Below, in pieces: positions 37,601 through 51,632 of a stretch of 64,000 nucleotides of DNA. The notes beneath the pieces are model-generated. The model was not told where the DNA came from. It worked only from the letters and a program-made list of their open reading frames with translations, and ran no database searches. Origin of the DNA: Octopus vulgaris (lineage: Eukaryota); contig OX597814.1 of assembly GCA_951406725.2 (NCBI GenBank), forward strand, positions 58,838,001 through 58,902,000, read 5' to 3'. The translations under genes were made by a program, and so were the position numbers. Position 1 is the stretch's first letter; each line of letters starts with the position of its first letter.

Positions 37601-40559
37601 AGCAGCTGGAAGTAGTCTCATTTGACTTTTGGTAAGAAATATTCCAAATTGGTAGAGACTACGATACCCTCTTTTATTTTATTGGGACCATAGACCCAGC
37701 TTGAGTCGCTTTCGATGAGAAATATCGAATAAACAAAGTTCACATAAATATCACCTACACGCTTAAAGAAAATAGAACGCTAACGAGACCAGTCACTTAA
37801 GCAGCCCGACTCTTTACACTTTCATCAGCTAGATCACCGCCAACTCATCGAAAGTGCCCGATATTATCTCTAATAAGAGCGATGTCAACACTTTTCCAAC
37901 AAACGATATCGAAAATCCTGTGCGTAAATTTTCTCCTTACTTTCAGTAGATCGGGCTATATTGGCGACATGCCCACTCTAAAGAGTAATACGATACAAAG
38001 GATATAACCTGCAGTAGCTGCTTACACCAGGAGTCACTCAGAGAAGTAACTGATGTTCTTTTTTCTTAAAATCTGTTTCATCCACATGACACCAAGAAAA
38101 ATGGCTACCCGAAGCCATCTTCGAAAAATAGCTTTTGATTGGCAATTACCGTTGATACATACTTGCAGTGACAAAATAACTGAATACACCCCGCTATTCA
38201 CACTCATATTCACATACATATAGGGTTGAGTCCTATATATATCTACTGTCTCCAAAGCTTCTCCTTAGTCGGGGTTTAGTCTATCGAAATAATAATAATT
38301 TATGCCAAATTTTTACCACATAACTAGAAACCAGATACACAGGGTAGTGTAGCAAAACTTTTACCCACACAAAATATGAAGAAATTTATTTCTTTGTATT
38401 TGCAACTACTTCATTAGCTTCGTGAAGTAATTTTTTCTTTTGCCAGAAGTACATCGTACCCTGCAAAAGTACATACTAAAACATTTGCTTTGAGTATGGA
38501 AGAATAGAAAGAAAATTGTATGGAGGAATACAATTCCAACATGCTTCAAAAAATATATATACTTAGATGAATATATATTTATACACACGCGCACTCGTAT
38601 ATCACACATACAAGTTTACGCACTCACACACACACATTTATACACACATACACATACATACACACACTTTATATACATAGGCATGTTTAAGAGGAAATGA
38701 ATAGGAGACTTGACCTAAACAAATATACATATACTATGTAAGAGGCAAATTGTAATTAAAGATGATAACGAAATGTATTAACTTCTTTCGATTTCCTTTC
38801 CGAATACTTTATAATATGTCATTAAACAATTTACACCTTAAATAATCACCGCAATTTCTATTTCCCTGTCTGCAGCGTAGTAGTCAAATGCTGGAAGGGA
38901 ATCAATACTGGGAGTGCATTGATGCTGGAGTTTATACAAAAATAGTTCTCTATTGTAAAATGTGTCATTTTAATTCCAACTTTTTCTTAACTTTTAGGCG
39001 GCAATTTTTGTGACTGACAAAATAACATACATTATGTATCCTGATTTGTGATGCAAATAACTCTGACTAAACTAACTCTAATCGTGTATATATATTCTAA
39101 AATGCAAATCTATTGACTGAGATAATATTTAATGTAATATGATTGTTGGCAGCAACGATAAATTACAGTTGGTAACTAGTAACTTTCCTTTGAATTCGGA
39201 ATCGAAATCTCATCGAAATCAACTATCAGCTCCATCCTTCTCCTCCTAATACAAATATTTCCAGTAATCGATTGCTGGTTTTCAAAAATCGGCAAAGACA
39301 AATTTGTGCCTCTATTAGAAAGCTATGTTGCATTTTATTGAGGGCAGAATTAGTAGTAGGCTAGAGAAATTGCTTCGAAGCACTTTCCGAATTTACATTC
39401 TGAGTTCTAATTCCCATGAAACCTTTTCTTGCATCCATTATGAGTCGACAAAATATGTAGCAGCGGGTCGATGTAACTTACAAAATATATAGTTAAAATA
39501 AGCTTTTATGTACTATTTTCGCTTGTGCATTTTTGTGTCAGGATATCATATGAATATATTTGATTATTTTGGGGGGATTTAATTCTGCCAGGGGGCTAGA
39601 AATAATCAAACATCTTCAACATGCGCTTTCGCAATCCATCAATAGCGACAATTTAAATTCTGTTGAAAGAGAACATATAACGACATGGAAGCTTTACATT
39701 CAGAGCAGCATTCTAATTAATAGCATACAAATAAGATATTGCACTTAAAAAAGAGGTAAATATAATGAATCTTATACAAATGATAATTGTAATATAAACG
39801 CAAACGCTCATTACACCTTGACATATTTGCCCTTTTACGAATAGGTTAAGGCATAATCTTATCGTTTATTCCTAATCCGTTGGTGGTCATAAATGAAAGA
39901 ATTATTATATCCCGTAATCGATTTTACTCACAACCAATTTATTTTGCTACTCTATAAACTTCATTACAATTATATTTTTAATGAAGACCAAGAACATTCT
40001 TTCAGTGAAATACGCAGTGGATTAATCAAACTGAATATTTGTGATGCGCTCGTTTTAATGACACCCGAATGATGAAAGTTAAAGTCATCACCGAGAAGAT
40101 ATGATCCTTATGAAAAAGATGCATCTAAGTACTTAGAACATTATTCATGTTTGTAGTAACGTTGGCATTTTATTATTCAGAGATGATCAACTTTAAAATA
40201 TTTAGTAATTCACACGAATTGTCCTTAACTCTCGATTTCGGCTGCTATGTTAGCTAACGTTGTTTCAGGTTTATTTCATATCCTTAATGGGAAAAATAAT
40301 GCAGAGAAAAAATAACGGTGGCAGAAAGCATATCAGTATAAGTGATTATGAACGAAAAGCCTCAGTATTTTTGCTACCAACAGCTTGCTTGTGGAATAAC
40401 TTAAACGCGGATAAACGTCAGCTACTAAGTAGATTGTTAGAATTATTAAAGTGTCAGACAAATGACACGCGGCATTTTTATCACTCAACCGTCCGTAGCA
40501 AAAGTGACTCTAACTGCTTTATTTTATTTGTTTTGGTCTCAAAAGAGATTCTACTAGAA

Positions 40560-40870
40560 TTTTACCTAGAAATCACCAATATAGCCAAGCGTGTAATAAT
40601 GGCCGGCAAAAGGAGAGCAAATGCTATTGTCGCAAGATAATGCACGCCCAAACACGGCTGGATGCCCATACTGTGGATATTATTGAATAATTGGGTTTCG
40701 AAATGCTGGAACACATTGCATCCAGTCCAGATCTCATCCATTCAGATTATTATCTCTTTATGCGCCCGATAATTTGCAACCGAAAACCTTTTTCTCTGAT
40801 GGAATAATCACGCTTGTAGATCGCTTGCAGATGTGCACCGTAAAGCAAGGAATTTATGTCGGAGGATGAA
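40560..40870 (+). mobile_element. Old mariner remnant
   Basis: QDNARP and PDLIHSDYYLF segments. Confidence 0.6.
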
Positions 40871-42724
40871 GTAATTTCTTCGACCACTGCTTTTCTTTTA
40901 ATAAATTACAGAAACAAGAGTGCCTATAATTGTTGAACTACGTATATATTTTACAGATCTGTGCAACCGGCACAATTCAAATGCGGAAATTAGAATGGCA
41001 TAACTATACACATTCAACAATTTTTCTTTGATTACATCTACATTTGGGACAGCAAATTCGATTTAAACGATATTACATCCTATTTTCTAAATATTTTATC
41101 GACCCCAAAAGGAGTGAAATTACAAACAAGATGAATCTAAACTACGAACCTATTAAAATTTAAATAAACATTGAAAGCATTTGATTACAAATTCAAATGC
41201 TTCAGTTAGTCAATATATCGCAAGCCTGCAAGTTTCATGACATAATCAAATTAATCGATATCAGTACTTAACAATCATTTAGATCATCGGTATTGCCTAC
41301 ATGTTAGACAAGTTAATCTCTGTGGGTTTGCAAAAGCTATTGTAAAGGAATAATATCTGATAATCTGGTAAACAAATTAAAGATATTCCTGTTTGTCGGA
41401 AGGCGCAGGCAAGTTCTTAAATCTCATTTCCCCAATCATAACAGTGCCTAAGACACATTGAAGACTGCGTAACTTTCCTTTGGGAAGGAGCATATATCGA
41501 TTATATCCATATGTAGTTCAGCCCTTGAGAGGGAAGTAATATATTGAAGCCTGCATATGAAATAATTTATACCTTCCACGAATATTTTTATAATACACTT
41601 CTAATACAAGTACGAAAAAAGAAACGTTTTGCAGAGGGGATTAATTAAATAAGTCTAGAAAGTGCCTGTCGCATTTAACCGATACCGGGGAGATACGAGG
41701 CAAAGTTGAGAACAGTGTCATTTTAAATCTGAACAGCTGTGCAGAGATACAAACCACCTAAAGGTTTTCTGCCCACAACAAAAGGAAGAAGAGAGACCTG
41801 CACTTTTGCCAACATCATCACCACCACAACCACCAAATACAACACCACCACCACCACCGTCGCCACAACAAGAACAACAACAACAACAGCAGCAGCAGAA
41901 GCAGGTGACTGCCGATGCAAAGACAACAGTACCAGTAGTAGCACTATCTGCAATCACATAAGAACCGACAGTTCTAGCAGAAACAACACCAAGAACAACA
42001 GTGGAAACATCAGAAGAAAAATAATCAACATCGACAGCGGCGAAAGCAAAAACTCCAGAATCTCCAATATAACAACACAAAATTTATCAACAGAAAAACC
42101 ACAAAATCTCCGCAAAATCTGCACCTGAGACATGCCCTGTGGTGATGGGAAGAAGGACCGAAACTGGCAAAATATTCAGAGTTTGAAAAAAACCTCAATA
42201 CCGTCATCAGCACAAAAAAACTGACAGGTATAACCAGAAGGGGGAGATGCCATCTAAAACAGATAATCAAATACATCCCACACTAGTACCGTCAACAAAA
42301 ACATCGTCCTCATCACTGTCATCACCACCACTATCACAAACACCACCATGATGAAAATAACCCAGTTCACACACAGCTTCCAGATCGCACATCTCAACAC
42401 CAGCAAAAATCAAACATGAACCTGTTGAACTATACAGCAATACACCCCAAGAAAAAAAAAGCTAATGAATCACACACAACCGTCACACACGCCGACTATA
42501 TAACACAGAGAAACAGCACAGCAACATATATTAAACTCTTACAAACATCACAACACATATATAACATCATGGAATCAAAATACCAAGTAAACCTAAATAA
42601 ATGGATATATAAAGAACTGTTCATAGAAACATCCACACATACCAATGGGGACGGGACATCCGGCCCTTCCTTGACAACTAAATCACAGTAAGTACACTCT
42701 GCCTCTTCTATACTTTAATCTTAC

Positions 42725-44885
42725 ATGACCATGCTTTCAGTAGGCAGTATAAATGCACATGGCCTGGAGTCATCTTGGAAATAAAGCCATCTATTCAACG
42801 ACCTCAGATCATTAATTGTCGATGTAGTGGCTATCAGTGAAGCCACACTCACCGAAAGACAAGCTTTCATGCCCATTTCCGGTGGATACGTGATATATTC
42901 ATCTCCATGTCAACTGCAAATGGCATATGGAACGGCGGTTTTAAGCCGGAGAGACCTGAATCTCAAGATAAGGACTATCTTTCTGAATCCAGAAGGTAAG
43001 TTAATAGTTCAGGATGTGAGCAGTAGCGACGAGCATGCCTTTAAATTGGTGGCTGTTTATGATCTGACATGACCAGAACAGATGGACATTTGCCGACGCC
43101 TAGAGATTTTCCTAAACATTTTTCGTCCCTTAGCGAACTGGAACGCTGTCTTAGATCCACGTTTAGACCGTGTGGTGATAGCGGGTAGAAGAGGGGGTGG
43201 AAAAGCCTCGCAAACCTGCTCAGTCCTTTTCAGCTGTCTGGCAGATACTGGCTGGATTTCCCGAATGTTCTAATATGGACCTGGTCTAACCACCTCGGGT
43301 CATCCAGGTCGTATCTACATAGACCAATATATAAGGATGGTATAAGTTGCCCACTTTATAAAAATTGTCGGCTACACAGACCACAAATTAGGTCAACTGA
43401 GAATCAGTAAGCGGTTACTGGTGGCTCAATGCGACTCTCCGGCGTGTCAAACGCACAGAGACAAGATTTGCGAATTAGTTAACCGAGGGGTCAATCCTCA
43501 GTTACAGATGGTCTTATGCCCTGAAAAGAGCAATTAGAATAGAATTGATTAAGTTTAGCAACGCACTAGCAATAGAGAAAAATAGAATAAAAGGAAACCT
43601 AGATAGGAACTAAGAAGATGCGCTCAGGAGAGCATTGTAACTGACTTGCCAAGCACGTGGATTGAATTGTCAGAACTGAAGCAGGTGCTCTAAAAAACGA
43701 GGGAACGAAAGCTGGTTGGTGGGCCCGAGTGGCAGTTGCTCAATGTGGCAACAAAGCTACAATTCGGTCTTTGGTGTACTTAATTGGGCGTACGGTATTT
43801 GACCCCCGAGTAGATATGTGCGGCGTTTAAGCGGTACTTCACACAGCTATTTGGGACGAATGGCGGTCCGGAACGCAGGATGGATTTAGTGCCTACCTCG
43901 ATGGCATGCCACGACTCACGACAAGAGGGGTGAGGCGTTCCGAAGTGCTGATAACGATCAGGAAATACAGGATGGACTTCATGCTGAGCAAATCACTTAT
44001 CTTGGATCTACGAGCTTTGCTATTATGTAACGGACTTGTTTGGCGGCCTTTTAGCATATGTCTACAGCAACTAGCAGCAGAACATGAGAATTCCTATTTC
44101 TGTGCACTGCGTAACGGTTGCACCACTGAGAAAATATTTTCGGCCCATAACGTTCTGAATGATGACTTCAAAGCTTAGGCCAAAGTGCTAGCGAAGAGAT
44201 TGACGCTTGTCGTCGAGGAACTGATTGGATATGCGCAAACGTGTACTATCCCCAGAGGATTCATTCAAGACAATCTCCAACACATGCGACACATAATAGA
44301 TATGGTGGGTAATGAAACTGGTATGGATGGAGATTAGTTCAATTTGGATCAATCTCAAACCTTTTGAAAGGATAGACAAGCAATACATGGCGGACGGTTT
44401 CGCTCCAGTTCCCCGCTGCTGGATTGCACCTATGTACATCTGCATCTGCCCGGTATTTCGGGAGAATTATTACCTATCAGAAACGTTCAGCGTTACCAGC
44501 TCGGTCCGTCAGGGTCTTCCCTCTCCTCTTTCCCGTATATATTGGCTCTAGAGTCACTGCAGCAAAAATTGGAGATGTTGAGCGGCATCCCACAAGGACT
44601 AAGACGTGGGAGAACCGTGTCAACTTACGGGGACCTGAAGGGCACTGCTCTATAAGAATATGAGGCTGTGACAGTAGCAAAAATTAACCAGGAAAAGTCA
44701 GTTGCCTGCAACTTGGCAACTGAAGAAGAAGGTCCTTGGCATTCCAACAGCGTCGTGGAACTCTAAACGGAAGGACTGCTCAAACTGCAAGGGTCCTGGT
44801 TCAGTCCAGATCTCCAGGTAGAAAATAACTGAGAAGAGGTGGCGAGTAGGTTGGCCAACTTCACACAGAAATGGACTGAGATAAA
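42725..44885 (+). mobile_element. Decayed L1/Tx1-like LINE ORF2 (APE endonuclease + RT)
   Basis: SINAHGL, DVVAISEA, TDHK (APE); AKVLAKRL..LIGYAQT..PRGFIQDN, NLDQSQTF, SVRQG (RT). The upstream Thr-rich 41720-42700 region may be its ORF1 or 5' region. Confidence 0.78.
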
Positions 44886-44889
44886 GATA

Positions 44890-47037
44890 CGGATCACATA
44901 TTTGCCATGCAGAGGTTTTGAATCTACTTATCAGTCAATTGTTCAAACGCATTTGAGTTCAGTTCGTCACGTTGCCATTGAGTTTTGTATTAACTTCAGG
45001 ATATTATGGGAGACCTTAAGCAGCGTAAAGCATTCAATAATCCACTAATGTGGGACCATATCATATGCTTTCGTGTAGTCCACCCATACCATCGAAATTT
45101 TTTTGTGTTTCTTCTTGCAGTCACCCAGGATAGTCTTATCTTGTAGTAATTGACCCTTCGTTCCTCTCCTCTTACGTTTACACCCCTTTTGTTCCCTTGG
45201 TAGTAGGTCGTTTTCATCTAGGTACTTATAGATGCTGTTCGATTAGATATGATGGCCGTCATCAGTTTTCACATCGGTGGCAAACAAGATATTGGACGGA
45301 AACACCCAACCGCATTCCCACTACCTGGGTGCTTCTGGCATAGTACCGTCCTTCATTTTGTCATCCAGACCGGTACTTGGATGTCACTACTCAGTATTTC
45401 TTCCAGCCTTTCTCCCGTGAAGAGCTGTAATGTTTTTAAGACAAAAGTCATCAACACCCAACTGGGCCAGGCGCTTTCCAGAATTTTCCAGCAGTTTTTC
45501 TAATCATCTCGATTATTCTCAGATTCTCCTACTGATACTCTCCACACTACTCTTTCAGTGCTTTAACCACGCTGCTTCAGTTTCGTGTTGTTTCTCCTGA
45601 GACCATATGTTTGTGCAGAATCGTTTGATTTCTTCAGCATCTGGCCGGCTTTTTCGCCATTTTCTTTCCCATCCACTTCTGGAGAGACTTGTTTCTGATT
45701 TTGTTCGAAAAATTTGTTTAATCTGTATTGCTCAATTCTCTGATCATATCTCTTTAGTTTATATGCTTTAGCTTTCAACCTCTGCTTTAATTCGTCAATA
45801 ACACCATTGATTCCTTTCTCTTCACACTATACTTCCTCTCTGGCTCAACATATTATCTTGCAGAGCTTCATCTCTTTTTTGCCGTTCCAGAATATTCATA
45901 TGTTTTCTAATCTCGTTAACAGACTGCGTTATTCTCCTTTTCCACCATGGTTCCTGCAGGTTATGTTGACATTTACCTTTGGCTTTCAAACCTCACTTCC
46001 GGGCTATAAAGATCGAGATTGCATTTATCAGATTGTTGGTGTCTGTGATGTTGTCAGTCCTGTATCATCAGTGATATCATTTATTTTCCTGACGCATTCA
46101 TTGGGTTTCTTTCTACTTTTTTAAACCCCATATAAAAGCTCTGTTCACCAGATGTCCAAATATCAATGATTCCATTCAAAATGAATATCTATTCCTCGGT
46201 TCTCTCATGGCTTTCCTGATCAATAATCCTATCCTCATGCTCGTTTTCTCCTTCCAACTCTAATGCCGTATTTTAACTATCTGCATTCTCTTCCTCACCC
46301 GTCCGTTCACTGTTGGTCTTACTATCCATAAGCACCCGCCTCTTAATGCTTTCTAGTTCAACTGGAGATAACCATTCATTCTTTCTGATGGCTCTAGCTT
46401 GGTCACACAGATTTTTGTTCACTTAGTTCAAACAAGCCTCTGTCGGTCCATACCCTGAGCATTCTTTTCCTATATCCTCTATAGAGTACTTCATTATTAT
46501 TTCTCGAATTACCCACAAAGTAGCAACCCATTAGAGCCACATTCATTTATTTCGTCCTCCTTCTTTTAGCAGTACCTTGATGAGGACTAGGTCCACGCTA
46601 CTCAGTTTTGGTCACCCGCTGGGTGAGAAACCTCCACAAGTGGTTCCAGCTTCATACATGCCATTCTCATTTCTATTTTTATTTGGCATTTCAGCATTCA
46701 CGATGAGGGTTAGTGAATTTTATGTTGCACAACCACCACTATTTTCTCCGTAACACTGATAGGATCTCCACCCGAGGATATAGGATTCCTGTAATCCTGG
46801 TTTACTTTTGGAGTTTCGGTCTCCTAAACGGAATGTTCAGGCGTCATGATTCCTTCTGCCTCTTAGTTCTATACTATGTTGATGGCTGTTGCCTCGTATG
46901 AGTTCATTAGCCTTTATACAGGTCTTGTTTGTCTTCCAGTAGCGTTTCAAAATAGCAAGCTCTGCGGGGCTGAAGCTTTAGTCGCCGACGTCCCGAAAGG
47001 AGGGGGGTAGATACGAAGAAAGAAAGGGAAAAGAATA
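44890..47037 (-). mobile_element. R4-like element, 5' half including apparent 5' UTR, related to family A
   Basis: RGYRKRMLRVWTDRGLFELSEQ..CDQARAIRKNEWLSPVELESIKRRV matches the 1162-1410 region; FRPISCLP RT-proximal motif. The 5' end abuts the (TAA)n array at 47038-47215. Confidence 0.82.
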
Positions 47038-47046
47038 TTATTGTTA

Positions 47047-47114
<68 letters not shown>

Positions 47115-47137
47115 GTTATTATTATTATTATTATTAC

Positions 47138-47183
<46 letters not shown>

Positions 47184-47829
47184 GTTGTTGTTGTTGTTCT
47201 TGTTATTATTATTAATAAGCCGGTCAGAAGTGAGTCATAAGGACGCAGGGCAAAATGTTTAGCAGCATACGGTTTATCTGCATGTTCTGATATCATTTTC
47301 CACCCAAGTTGACTGTACCTTTCATACCTTGCAGGGTTTATAAAATAAGTACCAGCTGAATACTAGCGTCGATTTAATCAACTTATACTTTCCCTGAAAT
47401 TACTGAATTTGTCCTAAAATATGAAATTCTTTATAAGGATCATTATAATCATAAAAATAATTACTATCAAATTTTGGAACAAGCCCAGCATTTCTGGTGA
47501 GTAGATAAGTCGAATACATAGACCCCATTGCTCAACCGGTACTTATTCCATCAAACCCATAAAAATAAAAGATAAAGTCCTCCTCGGCAGAATTTGAACT
47601 AAGAATGCAAAGATGAACGATATGAAACTGGTTCAACGTGCTAAAACATATTATTTGTGTTGTTAATAACAGCAACAATGAGAAGAATGACTTTCTCTTC
47701 TTCTTCTTCTTCTTCTTCTTCTTCTTCTTCTTCTTCTTCTTCTTCTTCTTCTTCTTCTTCTTCTTCTTCTTCTTCTTCTTCTTCTTCTTCCCCTTCTTCT
47801 TCTTCTTCTTCCCCTTGTTGTTGTTGTTG

Positions 47830-47885
<56 letters not shown>

Positions 47886-47917
47886 ATTATTATTATTATC
47901 ATTATTATTATTATTAA

Positions 47918-47980
<63 letters not shown>

Positions 47981-50292
47981 TCACATTATTATTATTATTC
48001 ATAATTTCTCACCCTGGCATCCAGCCAGAAATTTTATAACCAATATTTATTTTTTCGTCTATCCTAATCATTCATACTTCATTCTTGCCTCGAAATAACT
48101 AACTACATTTACTTATATTAGCGCCATTTACCCCTATACAATATTGAAATAATATAAAGAAAACATACAAAAAATTCGCATCGTTGGATTATTGACCATT
48201 TTACGCTACGTTTTACAAAGAAGCTGTAATTACAAGTCATTTTCTTGTAACCTTTAATCAAATTGATCTTAGATATTTTCGCAACATTTGACATATATTG
48301 ATCTAAGATTATGATTGCTACTTATAGTTAGACAGAATGAATAGTTTACACACATAATATGGGGCACAAGTTCATGTTTGTTTGTATTTATTGACATGAT
48401 CATATTTTTAACATAAATTCCCTTTTAGAACCTAACTGCTGAAATGAGATGAACTACCCATTTTGGAAAGTTTGAACACGAAACAATGAATATCCTGAAG
48501 TCTTAGACTCGTGTTTTGAGGTTTTTGTCAATTTCAGAAACAGTTGAGTTGTATTAAATAGCTAGTGAACTATTTGTGAAAGAATCTGTGACATAGATTC
48601 GATTGTTTTCTCAACCCTTTTAAAGTCCGATTTCCAAATGCATACCTTTAAAATATATTTATATAGCAAATTGTACCGTTAACAGGCTTGGCTGATTCTT
48701 CTTATTACTGTCCCTTTAGTTGAAGTTTATTTTCAGAGGAGATAACACTCTCCAAAAAATGTCCGAATAGCCTTCACTAGAAGTAAGGTATACGTGAAAT
48801 GTTCTGATATTAATTCCCTTTGTGTTCGGTTTTATGGTATAAGTTCAGTAAACTACCACTTAACGATTGCCTTTTTTGGTAATATTCAGTGCGAAATGGT
48901 CTTTGTTATAATCTACTACTAAATTACTCCTGGAAGCAGTTGCTTGAGTGCATTACACTTTCTTGCGTGGATTCTCTGAATTTATAAATTTAAAATGTGT
49001 ATTTGAATTGATGTGATCAAATATCTCCTTCCTCTTTGTACTTTTTTAAAATTTCCGATTTTCAGTCTCCTCAGTTGGATCATCGATGTCGTACAGCATC
49101 TCTTCAGAACACCATCAATATCATGATTATTATTATCCAAAGCATTATCATTGCCATGTGTATATTATCACTAGCATGTGTATATTAACACTATCCTGTG
49201 TATATTATTAAGCATAATTTTTTGACAGTAGGTTCAGGCTTGTACAAACTGAAATATTATTTTTTGTTTTACACACAGATATAAATTTCTTTAATACATT
49301 AGTTGAATCATGCATTTGTTAAATTGGCAGTGTATCGATGGACGGTTTGATGTGAGTAAGTACGTAATCCTATGTAGCAATTAATTATAGTGCTAAGACT
49401 ACGAATTATTGCTATTACATTCGGATGCTTATTCTATATTAGTGACAGTTATGACTTAGTTTTCGAGAAAGTGGCAAGTATCTCAATCAATATCGGTGTT
49501 TATAGATTTAGCTTTGTTGATTGTAATACATTCCTGTTGCAGTGAATGGATAAATCCAATTAAAGTTCTGTTTTGTTCTGTGAAACTTTTAGTATTTACA
49601 TGTTTGATTGAGTATCCTCTCTGAAACTTTTACTCAGTCGCTATCAGGATGGTGTTTTTTAACACTTGTATTTTAATGACAATCGGATAATACCATTGGT
49701 GATACTAATGATTTTACACTCCTCCGGTAGAGTACCTTTCAAGGACTGATCAGGTACGTACACTTTGTGTACAGAAACTTTTGTGCTTTTTAAAAGATTT
49801 CCTTTGTCTGAAGGAAAACATCATCCAGTGATGGTGTCGCATTAATTGTTTGCGTGTCAATTACATGAATATAAATTGAGTATCAATTATATACATATAA
49901 ATAAAGTGCTAGAGAAGGTTTAATAGAAAATGTGCATTAATGACAATATACTAAGTCACTATGGATAACATTTGTTATCATTATGACCATTTCAGTATAG
50001 ATAACAAATTCTTCATAGGTCGTATTTACTGTTCAATCACCGGAAGTCAATACAATAAGGTACCGTTCAAGTACTCGGTTGTTTCGATCTACTAAATTTC
50101 TTCAATCAACATGCTTGGCGCCATATCGTCTGTCTTTACGTTCTGTGTTCAAATACCGTCGAGGTCAACTTTGCTTTTCAGCGTTTCGGAGTCGAGCAAT
50201 TAAATACCAGTGAAACACTGAGAAAGATGTAACCGACTAGACCTCTCTCACCAAATTGGAGGCCTTGTGCCTCCAATAGAAAGAAGTATTAA

Positions 50293-50382
<90 letters not shown>

Positions 50383-50414
50383 TAGTAATAATAATATTAT
50401 CATTATTATTATTA

Positions 50415-50488
<74 letters not shown>

Positions 50489-50489
50489 T

Positions 50490-50998
50490 AGTGTCTTTGC
50501 ACAGCTTCTAACGATGGAAATGTACTACGATCCCAGCTGTTCACTACCAGTTAACTAAAGTAACATCCCTTATTTTCGAGGACCACCCGCAGTATTCGAT
50601 GGGTTCAAAGCCGTACTGTTTCTGCAATTCCCCCACCCTTTTTGCAGCCCCTATTTCTTCCATGATCTTCTCAACACTTTTTCTCACTATTCCCAGGATT
50701 CGACTACAACTGCGTAACCTCCCAAGCTAACCTGTTATATTTATCGACTTTTCTTTCTTCCTTACCGCATACCTTGTTGTCAGCTGGACAAGCTATATGA
50801 TTAATCCAGCATCTTTTGCTTTCTTTCTAAATTAAGACTATGCCTGGCTTCTTATTCTCTATCTCATGGTCGCACTGAATCAGAAAATCCCATAGGCTCT
50901 TTTCATTATAATTTTCGAGTTTAGGTTCGTACCACTTTTTTGCTCTGTGAAGTCCATACTTGTTGCAAAGTGTTCAATGGACAATCCTTGCTAGTGAT
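50490..50998 (-). mobile_element. 3' fragment of R4-like family A
   Basis: 50490-50570 is approximately the reverse complement of the family A 3' UTR (3950-4030). LWDFLIQCDH motif. Ends in the array at 50290-50489. Confidence 0.85.
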
Positions 50999-51119
50999 TC
51001 TTCTTCTTCTTCTTCTTCTTCTTCTTCTTCTTCTTCTTCTTCTTCTTCTTCTTCTTCTTCTTCTTCTTCTTCTTCTTCTTCTTCTTCTTCTTCTTCTTCT
51101 GCTGTTGTTGTTGTTGTTG

Positions 51120-51195
<76 letters not shown>

Positions 51196-51237
51196 CATCA
51201 TCAGCAGCAGCATCATCATTATTATTATTATTATCAT

Positions 51238-51578
51238 TTTCTCTTCATCACAGGTTTTGTTGGCGCTCTTACATGCGTAGTGGGCTTACTACCAGCAATC
51301 TACGGTACCATGCCATTCGTTCTTTTCAGCTATCTGAAACTCTCCTGATGATTCTTGCCGTGCCAAGGAGGCGAACCTTTTGTAATAGTTTTCCTGGGTA
51401 TTCTATTCCGATTTCTTTTATATTCCTCTTGATGCCTTCTAATACTGTTCCCAAAGACCCAACTATAATTGGCGAAATAATATTCACGTTCTTCATTTTC
51501 CATAGCCGGGCTATTTCGTACTTAAGAGGGTTGTATCTTTCTAACTCTTCACGGCGTTTCTTCTTGACTATTCAGGGC
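51238..51578 (-). mobile_element. 3' fragment of a third R4-like RLE family
   Basis: ERYNPLKYEIARLWKMKNVNIISPIIVGSLGTV..LLQKVRLLGTARIIRRVSDS*. Distinct 3' UTR; trinucleotide arrays on both sides. Confidence 0.85.

Positions 51579-51632
<54 letters not shown>

Noticed and set aside
41739-42128. Thr-rich mucin-like ORF
   Set aside because: Low-complexity ACA/ACC tract directly upstream of a decayed L1/Tx1 ORF2; no splice or signal-peptide support.
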